Positions 14,792 to 27,945 of a DNA stretch of 64,000 nt are shown one piece after another (positions within the stretch are counted from its first letter, which is position 1; each line of letters starts with the position of its first letter). Under the pieces are notes generated by a model that made no database searches, was not told the DNA's origin, and was given only the letters and a program-made list of their open reading frames with translations. The translations under genes were made by a program, and so were the position numbers. This DNA comes from Eledone cirrhosa. Taxonomy: Eukaryota. The DNA is taken from NCBI GenBank assembly GCA_964016885.1, contig OZ024760.1:24366001-24430000 (forward strand), written 5' to 3'.

Positions 14792-15778
14792 AGTGTGTGT
14801 GTGAATGCGTGTGAGAGTGTATGTGTGAATGTGTATGTGAGTATGTGAGTGTGTGAGTGTGTATGTGAGAGCGTTTGTGTGAGTGTGTATCTGAGTGTCT
14901 GTTCGTATGTGTGAGTGTGTATGTGAGTGTGTATGTATGTGTGTGTATGCGTGTGTGTGTGAATGCGTGTGTGAGTGTGTGTGTGGTTATTTGTGAGTGT
15001 GTATGTGAGAGCGTACGTGTGAATGTGAATGTGAGTGTTTGTGTGTATGTGTGTGTGTATATGTGAGTATGTATGTGTGTGTGTGTGTATGTGTGTGTGT
15101 GTGCGCGTGTGTGTGAATGCGTGTATGAGTGTATGTGTGAATGTGTATGTGAGTGTATGTGTGTATGTGTGAATGTGTATGTGAGTGTGTATATGTGTGT
15201 GTGTATTCGTGAGTGTGTATGTGAGTGTGTATGTGTGTGTATGTGTGAGTGTGTATGTGAGTGTGTAGGTGTGTGAATGCATCTGTCAGTGTAGTATGTG
15301 GGTGAATGTGTGTGTGTGTGCGTGTGAGTGTTTGCGAATGTGTGTGTGTATTTGTATGTGTTGGTATGTGTATCAGTGTGTTTGAATGTGTGTGTGTGAG
15401 TGTGAGTATGTGTGAATGCTTGTGCAAGAGTATGCGTTAATATGTATGTCAGTGTGTGTGTGTCTATGTGTATGTGTGATTGTGTATGTGAGTGTGTATG
15501 TGTGTAAATATGTGTCAGTGTATGTAGGTGAATGCGTGTATGTGTGAATGTGTATGGGAATGTGTATGTGCGTGAGTTCGTGTGTCTGTGTATGTGGCTG
15601 AATGTGTGTGTGCGTGTGAGTGTGTGTGTATATATGTGTCAGTATGTGTGTGTCAGTATGTGTTTGAGTGTGTGCAAATGTGTATGCATGTATATATATA
15701 TATATATACGCACTACACAGGTATACAATATCAGTATGCTATTATATACATTCCCACACATATATATGTATATGTATA

Positions 15779-15852
<74 letters not shown>

Positions 15853-15873
15853 TTACATATATACCTATACGTA

Positions 15874-15953
<80 letters not shown>

Positions 15954-16275
15954 CACATGTACATATATATACATATATATTCATACACACACACACATAT
16001 ATATATACCCATACATACATGCATATATATATATACATATATATGCGTACATAGACATACACACACACACACATATATATATATATACATGTATATACAT
16101 ACATACATACATACATATATACATATACATATATATACACACATATACCTATATATATATATACCTATATACATATATATACGTATATATATATATACAT
16201 ATATATATGTATATATATATGTATATATATAAATGTATATATATATATATGTATATATATACATATATACATATA
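14746..16275. repeat. Degenerate (GT)n followed by (TA)n/(CATA)n low-complexity tract
   Basis: Composition. Confidence 0.9.
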
Positions 16276-16509
16276 CCCCTATACGTGGTATATCAAACTC
16301 TAAATTCGCTGACGTACCAATCTTTTATTTAGCCGTCAGAAGTAGGCAGACGCCATTTTGTTGCTGTGTATGTTATTCGTTGGTATTTTGGAAAATTTAA
16401 TGGAACTTCAATTGGAATTGGAACCAAAAGGAGATCAAATAAAATTAAGGAACTAAATAACACTCGGTCTTCTTTGTTGACTCACGTCTTTTTGCTTTCT
16501 TTCTTTCAT

Positions 16510-16568
<59 letters not shown>

Positions 16569-16787
16569 CCATTTTTTTATTTCTTTGTCTTTTTATCTTT
16601 CTTTCTTACTTTCTTTCTTTCTTTCTTTCTTTTTCATTGCTGTGAATCTATTTATCTATTTATCTATTTATGTATGTTCTTCTGGTTTTATAATTTCACA
16701 AAGTTTTACCAATAGAGAGAGAGAGTCGGTTTCTAACATAGACAGAAGACTCTCTCATTGGAATTTACACAACATCAACTAGGTAGA

Positions 16788-17052
16788 TATGTATGTATGC
16801 ATGTGTAGATATGGATGTTATTGTATGTGTGGACGTGTATGTTTTGTGTTGTATGTGTGCATGTGTATATGCAGTTATTAGATGTAACATTTTTGGAATG
16901 TTTTACATATTTTTACTGTTCCATTAATGGATTGTACTTGTAATTTCCTAACTAGTTGTGTTCTTTCTGTTCCTGTGAAGCCTAGCTTCTCAAGATTTGT
17001 ATTGAGGCAGTTACTAACATATCCCAGTGCCTCAATAATCACAGGTATAAAT
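16788..17052 (-). mobile_element. 3' remnant of an RLE-type non-LTR retrotransposon
   Basis: Minus translation FIPVIIEALGYVSNCLNTNLEKLGF...RK/LQVQSINGTVKICKTFQ (one frameshift) matches the PIVIGALG...LQ...GT..I pattern of RLE C-termini. Confidence 0.65.
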
Positions 17053-17155
17053 CGGCACCCGGCCGATTAACCCACTCGATATGCAAATTGGGCTACTCAG
17101 CCGTTAATATGCATAAGGTAAGTATATACGTTCAACAATCTGGCAGGAAGGTATA

Positions 17156-17196
17156 CGTTGCTGACGATAGCTAATAAGCTTGAAACTAGTACAGCG
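17156..17196 (+). ncRNA. Minimal type I hammerhead ribozyme (second copy of the 6.4-kb family, element 17090-17320)
   Basis: CGTTG-CTGACGA-T-AGCT-AATA-AGCT-T-GAAA-CTAG-TA-CAGCG. Confidence 0.7.
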
Positions 17197-17374
17197 TTCC
17201 TTTGTCAGTGTTGAACAAGCGAGCAACGATGGTTGCTAGACACTACGGCTTAATACGGGATGTTTGTTTACAAACACACTGAGCATTATAATAAATGTTC
17301 GGTGAATCCATACGTACATATATATATGTGTGCATGTATGTATATATATACATACTACTCTACGTCTGTATACA

Positions 17375-17432
<58 letters not shown>

Positions 17433-17436
<4 letters not shown>

Positions 17437-19697
17437 TAATTTAATATATCAACTAACATAAGCGCACAGATGCACGCCCATGCCAGCAAATACACAGGTT
17501 ATGTCATAGTACCTAGGTGGTTCAATGCAGGAGAATGCAGAACAATAATATAAAGGACGTAAAATAAGAAAATATTTTTTTAAAAAAATTTAAAAAAAAT
17601 TTTTTTCTTACTTAAATTTTCACTCCAACTAATTAGTTTCTGCAATGGGATAAAGACAGTTACGTAATCCAACTGTCGAGAATTCATTGCGTCATCAGGG
17701 AGTCTATTCTCAGTTAAGTCTCCAGGCAATGCGCGGACACTGGCGGCTCATATAAAAATAATAATAATTCGGTAGATCGAACAGCTTGCGAGGACTGGAT
17801 TCTATGTACCGAAATTCTCACTGCTTCAAGTCAAATGGCCGATTCTAAAGAATCAATCACGTGACACAGAGGCTAGTTAGAAGGAATGGGATGGTAAGAT
17901 GACTGACGCCTACTAACACCCCAAAAAAAAATTTTTTTAGAAGTGGTTTTGACAAGTTTGCTCGACAAATCAGTGATTTGGAGATAAATATAGATAATTT
18001 AATATATCAACTAACATAAGCGCACAGATGCACGCCCATGCCAGCAAATACACAGGTTATGTCATAGTACCTAGGTGGTTCAATGCAGGAGAATGCAGAA
18101 CAATAATATAAAGGACGTAAAATAAGAAAATATTTTTTAAAAAAAATTTAAAAAAAATTTTTTTCTTACTTAAATTTTCACTCCAACTAATTAGTTTCTG
18201 CAATGGGATAAAGACAGTTACGTAATCCAACTGTCGAGAATTCATTGCGTCATCAGGGAGTCTATTCTCAGTTAAGTCTCCAGGCAATGCGCGGACACTG
18301 GCGGCTCATATAAAAATAATAATAATTCGGTAGATCGAACAGCTTGCGAGGACTGGATTCTATGTACCGAAATTCTCACTGCTTCAAGTCAAATGGCCGA
18401 TTCTAAAGAATCAATCACGTGACACAGAGGCTAGTTAGAAGGAATGGGATGGTAAGATGACTGACGCCTACTAACACCCCAAAAAAAATTTTTTTAGAAG
18501 TGGTTTTGACAAGTTTGCTCGACAAATCAGTGATTTGGAGATAAATATAGATAATTTAATATATCAACTAACATAAGCGCACAGATGCACGCCCATGCCA
18601 GCAAATACACAGGTTATGTCATAGTACCTAGGTGGTTCAATGCAGGAGAATGCAGAACAATAATATAAAGGACGTAAAATAAGAAAATATTTTTTTAAAA
18701 AAATTTAAAAAAAATTTTTTTCTTACTTAAATTTTCACTCCAACTAATTAGTTTCTGCAATGGGATAAAGACAGTTACGTAATCCAACTGTCGAGAATTC
18801 ATTGCGTCATCAGGGAGTCTATTCTCAGTTAAGTCTCCAGGCAATGCGCGGACACTGGCGGCTCATATAAAAATAATAATAATTCGGTAGATCGAACAGC
18901 TTGCGAGGACTGGATTCTATGTACCGAAATTCTCACTGCTTCAAGTCAAATGGCCGATTCTAAAGAATCAATCACGTGACACAGAGGCTAGTTAGAAGGA
19001 ATGGGATGGTAAGATGACTGACGCCTACTAACACCCCAAAAAAAATTTTTTTAGAAGTGGTTTTGACAAGTTTGCTCGACAAATCAGTGATTTGGAGATA
19101 AATATAGATAATTTAATATATCAACTAACATAAGCGCACAGATGCACGCCCATGCCAGCAAATACACAGGTTATGTCGTAGTACCTAGGTGGTTCAATGC
19201 AGGAGAATGCAGAACAATAATATAAAGGACGTAAAATAAGAAAATATTTTTTAAAAAAAATTTAAAAAAAATTTTTTTCTTACTTAAATTTTCACTCCAA
19301 CTAATTAGTTTCTGCAATGGGATAAAGACAGTTACGTAATCCAACTGTCGAGAATTCATTGCGTCATCAGGGAGTCTATTCTCAGTTAAGTCTCCAGGCA
19401 ATGCGCGGACACTGGCGGCTCATATAAAAATAATAATAATTCGGTAGATCGAACAGCTTGCGAGGACTGGATTCTATGTACCGAAATTCTCACTGCTTCA
19501 AGTCAAATGGCCGATTCTAAAGAATCAATCACGTGACACAGAGGCTAGTTAGAAGGAATGGGATGGTAAGATGACTGACGCCTACTAACACCCCAAAAAA
19601 AATTTTTTTAGAAGTGGTTTTGACAAGTTTGCTCGACAAATCAGTGATTTGGAGATAAATATAGATAATTTAATATATCAACTAACATAAGCGCACA
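17433..19697 (-). mobile_element. Tandem array of 557/558-bp hammerhead-bearing monomers, left arm (4 copies, ribozyme sense on minus)
   Basis: Unit starts (TAGATAAT) at 17433, 17991, 18548, 19105 and 19662. HHRs at 17622-17703, 18180-18261, 18737-18818 and 19294-19375. Confidence 0.85.
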
Positions 19698-21674
19698 GTG
19701 ATTGATTCTTTAGAATCGGCCATTTGACTTGAAGCAGTGAGAATTTCGGTACATAGAATCCAGTCCTCGCAAGCTGTTCGATCTACCGAATTATTATTAT
19801 TTTTATATGAGCCGCCAGTGTCCGCGCATTGCCTGGAGACTTAACTGAGAATAGACTCCCTGATGACGCAATGAATTCTCGACAGTTGGATTACGTAACT
19901 GTCTTTATCCCATTGCAGAAACTAATTAGTTGGAGTGAAAATTTAAGTAAGAAAAAAATTTTTTTTAAATTTTTAAAAAAAAATATTTTCTTATTTTACG
20001 TCCTTTATATTATTGTTCTGCATTCTCCTGCATTGAACCACCTAGGTACTATGACATAACCTGTGTATTTGCTGGCATGGGCGTGCATCTGTGCGCTTAT
20101 GTTAGTTGATATATTAAATTATCTATATTTATCTCCAAATCACTGATTTGTCGAGCAAACTTGTCAAAACCACTTCTAAAAAAATTTTTTTTGGGGTGTT
20201 AGTAGGCGTCAGTCATCTTACCATCCCATTCCTTCTAACTAGCCTCTGTGTCACGTGATTGATTCTTTAGAATCGGCCATTTGACTTGAAGCAGTGAGAA
20301 TTTCGGTACATAGAATCCAGTCCTCGCAAGCTGTTCGATCTACCGAATTATTATTATTTTTATATGAGCCGCCAGTGTCCGCGCATTGCCTGGAGACTTA
20401 ACTGAGAATAGACTCCCTGATGACGCAATGAATTCTCGACAGTTGGATTACGTAACTGTCTTTATCCCATTGCAGAAACTAATTAGTTGGAGTGAAAATT
20501 TAAGTAAGAAAAAAATTTTTTTTAAATTTTTAAAAAAAAATATTTTCTTATTTTACGTCCTTTATATTATTGTTCTGCATTCTCCTGCATTGAACCACCT
20601 AGGTACTATGACATAACCTGTGTATTTGCTGGCATGGGCGTGCATCTGTGCACTTATGTTAGTTGATATATTAAATTATCTATATTTATCTCCAAATCAC
20701 TGATTTGTCGAGCAAACTTGTCAAAACCACTTCTAAAAAAAATTTTTTTTGGGGTGTTAGTAGGCGTCAGTCATCTTACCATCCCATTCCTTCTAACTAG
20801 CCTCTGTGTCACGTGATTGATTCTTTAGAATCGGTCATTTGACTTGAAGCAGTGAGAATTTCGGTACATAGAATCCAGTCCTCGCAAGCTGTTCGATCTA
20901 CCGAATTATTATTATTTTTATATGAGCCGCCAGTGTCCGCGCATTGCCTGGAGACTTAACTGAGAATAGACTCCCTGATGACGCAATGAATTCTCGACAG
21001 TTGGATTACGTAACTGTCTTTATCCCATTGCAGAAACTAATTAGTTGGAGTGAAAATTTAAGTAAGAAAAAAATTTTTTTTAAATTTTTTTAAAAAAATA
21101 TTTTCTTATTTTACGTCCTTTATATTATTGTTCTGCATTCTCCTGCATTGAACCACCTAGGTACTATGACATAACCTGTGTATTTGCTGGCATGGGCGTG
21201 CATCTGTGCGCTTATGTTAGTTGATATATTAAATTATCTATATTTATCTCCAAATCACTGATTTGTCGAGCAAACTTGTCAAAACCACTTCTAAAAAAAT
21301 TTTTTTTGGGGTGTTAGTAAGCGTCAGTCATCTTACCATCCCATTCCTTCTAACTAGCCTCTGTGTCACGTGATTGATTCTTTAGAATCGGCCATTTGAC
21401 TTGAAGCAGTGAGAATTTCGGTACATAGAATCCAGTCCTCGCAAGCTGTTCGATCTACCGAATTATTATTATTTTTATATGAGCCGCCAGTGTCCGCGCA
21501 TTGCCTGGAGACTTAACTGAGAATAGACTCCCTGATGACGCAATGAATTCTCGACAGTTGGATTACGTAACTGTCTTTATCCCATTGCAGAAACTAATTA
21601 GTTGGAGTGAAAATTTAAGTAAGAAAAAAATTTTTTTTAAATTTTTTTAAAAAAATATTTTCTTATTTTACGTC

Positions 21675-21683
<9 letters not shown>
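19698..21683 (+). mobile_element. Same array, inverted right arm (~3.6 copies)
   Basis: Reverse complement of the left arm. HHRs at 19855-19936, 20412-20493, 20970-21051 and 21527-21608. Ends in (TA)n. Confidence 0.85.
19847..19936 (+). ncRNA. Type I hammerhead ribozyme of the 557-bp monomer (representative copy)
   Basis: ACTCC-CTGATGA-C-GCAATG-..GACAGTT-GGATTACGT-AACTGTC..-CATTGC-A-GAAAC-TAATTA-GTT^GGAGT. Upstream GAGAAT is complementary to ATTCTC in the stem II internal loop. Confidence 0.75.
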
Positions 21684-21712
<29 letters not shown>

Positions 21713-21823
21713 AACATGCCTGTATGCTTATAATATATATATATATACATATATTCAAACACATCTATATTTATGTGTGCGTGCGTGAATATCTGTATAT
21801 ATATATATATATATATTCACGAG

Positions 21824-21872
<49 letters not shown>

Positions 21873-22039
21873 CTACATCTAGGTATGAATTTTCGATATC
21901 CCCTCGTGCTTTAATCAAAATTTAAAGATGAAAGCACAGAACGTTTTCGAAGTACTATACGACATTTTAACAAAATACCACGACATCATACGAAAATCTC
22001 CTGACATCATAGCCAATACTATTATCAATGTACCTTTTG

Positions 22040-22460
22040 CAGGATTTGAACTCGGAGCGTAGAGAAAACCGAGCCAAATAATAGTTTCTGATTTAGGGAC
22101 AAGACCAGCAATTGTTTATGGGGTTGGAGAAGATAAAAGTCGATTAAATCGACCTTACTGTATTCCTGGTACTTTATTTTATCAATCCCATAAGGATGAA
22201 AAGCAAAGCTAACCCTCGGCTGGTTTTGTACTCAGAACGTAAAGAGGCCGCAACTATATGCGGCAAAGCATATTGTCCGACGCTCTACCGATGCTGCAAA
22301 ACCACTGCGTTACTTGTATTTTATTCTATCGACCCCGTAAGGATGAAAGGCAAAGCTAACCTTCGGCGAGATTTGAACTCAGACCGTAAAGGAGTCACAG
22401 CTATATACGGCAAAGCATGTTGTCCGACGCTCTACTGGTACTGCCAAACCACCGCCGCCA
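22040..22460 (-). mobile_element. Older SINE family A copies
   Basis: Diverged cores at ~22165-22290 and ~22315-22460. Confidence 0.75.
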
Positions 22461-22686
22461 TATTTGCGAATAATGATAATAATACGGCATGTTATTTTAT
22501 CGGACGCTCTAACAACTTTTGCCAGTTCACTTCCTTCTATTCATTTAATTAATTGAGTTCGAGTCAAGGAGCTGCGGCCAGTCTGGGGTACCGCCACCAA
22601 ATGGTAGACCAGCCACAGGACATCAATAAAAACCAAAATCTTTCTCTGCCATAAGTCCTTTCCTCTTTATATCATTTTGTTTTCAA

Positions 22687-22757
22687 ACATCGGTGGTTCA
22701 GTGGTAGAATGCTCACCTGCTACGCGGGTGGCCCGGGTTCGATTGCCGGTCGATGCA
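22687..22757 (+). pseudogene. tRNA-Gly(GCC)-derived pseudogene, anticodon now reads GCT
   Basis: 71 nt ACATCGGTGGTTCAGTGGTAGAATGCTCACCTGCTACGCGGGTGGCCCGGGTTCGATTGCCGGTCGATGCA, about 6 changes from the invertebrate tRNA-Gly-GCC as recalled. Confidence 0.8.
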
Positions 22758-23169
22758 TATGATAAATAAGTGTGTATTTTTCAAGAGCGGGGTCCCAGCA
22801 TGGTCTTAGTCGGATGGCTGGAACAGGTAAAAGAGTGAAAGAGTAAATATGTGACAATCTTTCATGGTATGGCTGACTATATTAACCAGGAAAAGGTGGA
22901 GCGCGGGGAGAAATGGGGAAGAGACGGAGGGTGAGTGAAAATAAGGAGGGGAGTTCGGGAGGAGAAGCAGTAGGGGTAGTAGGGGAGGAAGAGTATAAGG
23001 AGTAGTAGGAACAGTATCAGTAGGAGGAGTTGATGGATAAGGAGAAGAAGGTGAAGGAGATACACTTTCTGCAAAGACTTATTTTTACTCTACATATTGG
23101 CAAAAACTGCAGAATTGAAAGATGGCGTAAGAAAAAACATTCCTAAAATATAAAATGAAATAAAAACAA

Positions 23170-23462
23170 TGCAAAACAAAAATGAATAAAACTAGGAAAA
23201 ACAAAACATAAATAAATAATACTAGGAAAATAAATAAAATTATGAAAATCGAAACTAAAATAAATAAAACTAGGAAAAACAAAATAAAAATAAATAAAAC
23301 TAGGAAAAACAAAACATCAATAAATAAAACTAGGAAAAACAAAATAAAAATAAATAAAACTAGGAAAAAACATAAATAAAACTAAGAATATAAATAAAAC
23401 TAGTAAATAAATTAAACTAGGAAAAACAAAACAAATAAATAAAACTAGGAAAAAATAAAATA
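23170..23462. repeat. A-rich ~30-bp minisatellite (AATAAATAAAACTAGGAAAAACAAAAT)
   Basis: Recurrent AAACTAGGAAAAA. Confidence 0.85.
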
Positions 23463-23594
23463 TAATTGTTTTGTTTTATTTAACATCTGTTCCTCCCCCA
23501 CCCCACTGGCCCATAAAAAATAACCCCTTAAAATAGGTAAAGATTTCCACCTGTGGCAGTAAACACTATTAAAGATTTCTATGGAATATTGGCA

Positions 23595-24415
23595 TTGTTG
23601 ATTTGTTTGTTGTTGATGTTATTGTGGTCCTTTGTGCGTTTGTTGTTGTTGCTGTGGTCCTTTGTGTGTTTGTTGTTGTTCTTGTTGTTATTGTTGGGGG
23701 CCCATTGTTGTTGATGTTGATGTTGCTGTCTTTTGTTTGTTTGGTGTTGTTGTTGTCTTTTGTTTGTTTGGTGTTGATGTTGTTGTGGTCCTTTGCTTGT
23801 TATTGCTGTTTTTTAATGATTTTGTAGTAGTTGTTGTTGTTGTGGTGGTGGTGGTGGTGGTGGCTGTTATTATTGTTATTGCTCCTGTTGTTGTTGCTGT
23901 TGTTGTTGTTGTGGCTGTTGTTGTTGCTGTTGTTGTGGTTGTTGTTGTTACTGTTGTTGTTGCTGTTGTTGTTGCTGTTGTTGTTGTTGCTGTTGCTGTT
24001 GCTGTTGTTGTTGCTGTTGTTGTTGTTGTTGTTGCTGCTGTTGTTGTTGTGGTTGTTGTTGTTGCTGTTGTTGTTGTTGTTGTTGTCGTGGCAGTTGTAG
24101 TTGCTGTTGTTGTTGTTGTTGCTGTTGTTGTTGCTGTTATTATGCTGTTGTTATTGTTGTTGTTGCTGTTGTTACATTTGTTGTTGCTGATGTTGTTATT
24201 GTTGTTGTTACTGTTGTTTGTATATTTGTGGACAAGATAACTCAACATTATTATTCCATTTTATTCCTCACCAGATTTCACGGATCATTTTTTCAAATAA
24301 GATGTTTCCTCAAAAATAACTGCATCAGTAACAGTAGTAGTAGTAGTAGTAGTAGTAGTCGTAGTAGTAGTAGTAGTAGCAGTAGTAGTAGCAATAGCAG
24401 AAGTGGTGGTGGTAG
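23595..24415. repeat. (GTT)n/(GCT)n and (AGT)n trinucleotide tracts
   Basis: Composition. Confidence 0.9.
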
Positions 24416-24490
24416 GAGTATAATCTTAGTATTTGTGTTAGATATAGTGTTTACATACACACACACACACATATATATATATGTATATAA

Positions 24491-24551
<61 letters not shown>

Positions 24552-24633
24552 TATATGTATACGTATATATTTATATGTGTATGTGTGAATAAGTTCGCGT
24601 ATATATATATATATGTACATGATACATACACGC

Positions 24634-24669
<36 letters not shown>

Positions 24670-24719
24670 CTTACACTCATATATATATCTATATCTATAT
24701 ATCTATATCTTTATATATT

Positions 24720-24750
<31 letters not shown>

Positions 24751-24777
24751 TATATATGTATAAATATATACATATAC

Positions 24778-24812
<35 letters not shown>

Positions 24813-24848
24813 TATATATATACACACATATAAATATCTCTCTCTCTC

Positions 24849-24942
<94 letters not shown>

Positions 24943-25247
24943 TATATCTATACATAGATACATATGTATATGAAAGATATAGAGAAAGAGAGAAATTTGG
25001 CTCAGTAAATCTATCTTCAGATCTCTTAGAATTATTTCCTAATTAGTTGTTCTGTTCCTCGGCTTATCTGGATTGGTAAGGATCCAGAACCAAAATCGAT
25101 TGATAAACCATTTTTTTACACCCGATCATTCCGCTGCCAAGATTTTGGAATTATGCTTTCGGTTGGTATCGTACTTATAGATATGCTCACGCGAACTCAC
25201 GTACAATCACACACCTACACACACAGACACACACACACACGCACACG

Positions 25248-25363
<116 letters not shown>

Positions 25364-25718
25364 AAGAGAGAGGGAGAGAGAGACATAGTCGCATATATCG
25401 ATATCTAGAGAGATACATCCTCACACATACTGGGACACACACACAGCCACACATTTTTATATATATATATATACGTATACATATATACGTATACATATAT
25501 ATATATATATACACACACAGAGATATACTCACACATGCTAGGGACACACACACACATACATATACACATATACACACACATATACATATATCTATATCTA
25601 TATACATATAAACATATATATGTGTGTGTATATATATATAAAGATATACATATATATATATTTACATACATACAGAGACGCATATACATCCACTTATAGA
25701 TATATAAATACATGCACA

Positions 25719-26046
<328 letters not shown>

Positions 26047-26055
26047 CATACATAC

Positions 26056-26087
<32 letters not shown>

Positions 26088-26229
26088 GCATATATATATA
26101 TACATACATATATATATATACATATATATATGTATATATATAGAGAGATATATAGATATATATATACATATACATATATATATATGTATATATATATATA
26201 TATGCATATATATATATATATATATATGC

Positions 26230-26434
<205 letters not shown>

Positions 26435-26452
26435 TGGATGAATTGCTCCGCT

Positions 26453-26498
<46 letters not shown>

Positions 26499-27046
26499 TA
26501 TAGAGATATATTAACACTTACATACATTCTTACATACATATATACATACACAGGCTCAATTTCACACTACGATAAACCTCAAGCATAAACACATTGTTCC
26601 ACTAAGTGTACATACACACACAAACACACACACACACACACACGCAAACACACATAGACTCACATAATTACACACAAACTCAAATAAACACACACAATTA
26701 CAGAAGCACACACATACACAATCATACACAAACACACACATTCACGCTCAAATACACACAAACACTGATACAAACTCACACAAACACACAAACTCACACA
26801 CACACACTCACACAAACTCACACAAACACACAAACTCACACACACACACTCACACAAACTCACAGAAACCGCACACTCAGACAAACACACACAAACACAC
26901 ACAATCTCTCTCAAACACACACAAACTCACACAAATACACACATATTCACACACTCACACAAACACACTTACATACACCTATTTATGTGTATATTATCTT
27001 GGCAAATCAAACATTTTATATTGCTTCGTACTAAAGCGATAACGTT

Positions 27047-27145
<99 letters not shown>

Positions 27146-27317
27146 GGATGTATATACATATATATATATAAAAATGTATATGTACGTATAAATATATATA
27201 TATTTATGTAGATGAATATATATGTATATGTATATGTATATGTATGTATATATATGTATATGTATATGTACAGTATATATATATATATATGTACTTATAC
27301 ATATATATATATATGTA

Positions 27318-27380
<63 letters not shown>

Positions 27381-27883
27381 ATACATACTTATCTCTCTCT
27401 ATATATATATAGAAGTGGTCTATATATATATATACGGGGCTTCTACAGGACTAGAACTGTTTCATTTGGGAGAAATCACACGGAAGCGTATTCTATATTC
27501 GATATTTATACTATGCAGCTTCATATGCAAATGAGATTAATCACCTCATTTACGCAGACGAGAAAACTATATATTCTCGCCTGTCTTCTCGTCCAACAGT
27601 CGCAAGCAGTGGGAGGGACCATCCTGACAATGGCCAGTTAAGCCTGAACTGCATAGACGGTTGTGCCCCTTGCTTCTGCTGGACATCACCAGAGGGCGGT
27701 AGCCCCTCCGCCACCGGTGTTTGCACAGCTATGGCTTTCTAAAACCGTATTTCTTTCGAGATACGAAATATTTATACATATTGTATAAAGCTCTGCTTGA
27801 AATCCTATTTCTTTTCTATTGGCTGCCAATACTGGAATTGAACCATCAAGACCGTTGAGATATGTCATACATCAATTCATGTA

Positions 27884-27945
27884 TTTTATCTGACGAGGAC
27901 GTACTGAAAAAACAGCACAGAAAATTCGAAATATATATAATAAAA
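27884..27945 (+). ncRNA. Minimal hammerhead candidate with weak stem II
   Basis: TTTTAT-CTGACGA-GGA..TTC-GAAAT-ATAT-ATA-ATAAAA. The 5' half resembles the minus arm at 46.9 kb. Confidence 0.5.

Noticed and set aside
19829-20059. 76-aa ORF repeated in the 557-bp unit (MPGDLTENR...)
   Set aside because: It has a TTG start, runs through the ribozyme and homopolymer tracts, is broken in other copies and ends differently at 39 kb. The conservation fits RNA structure better.
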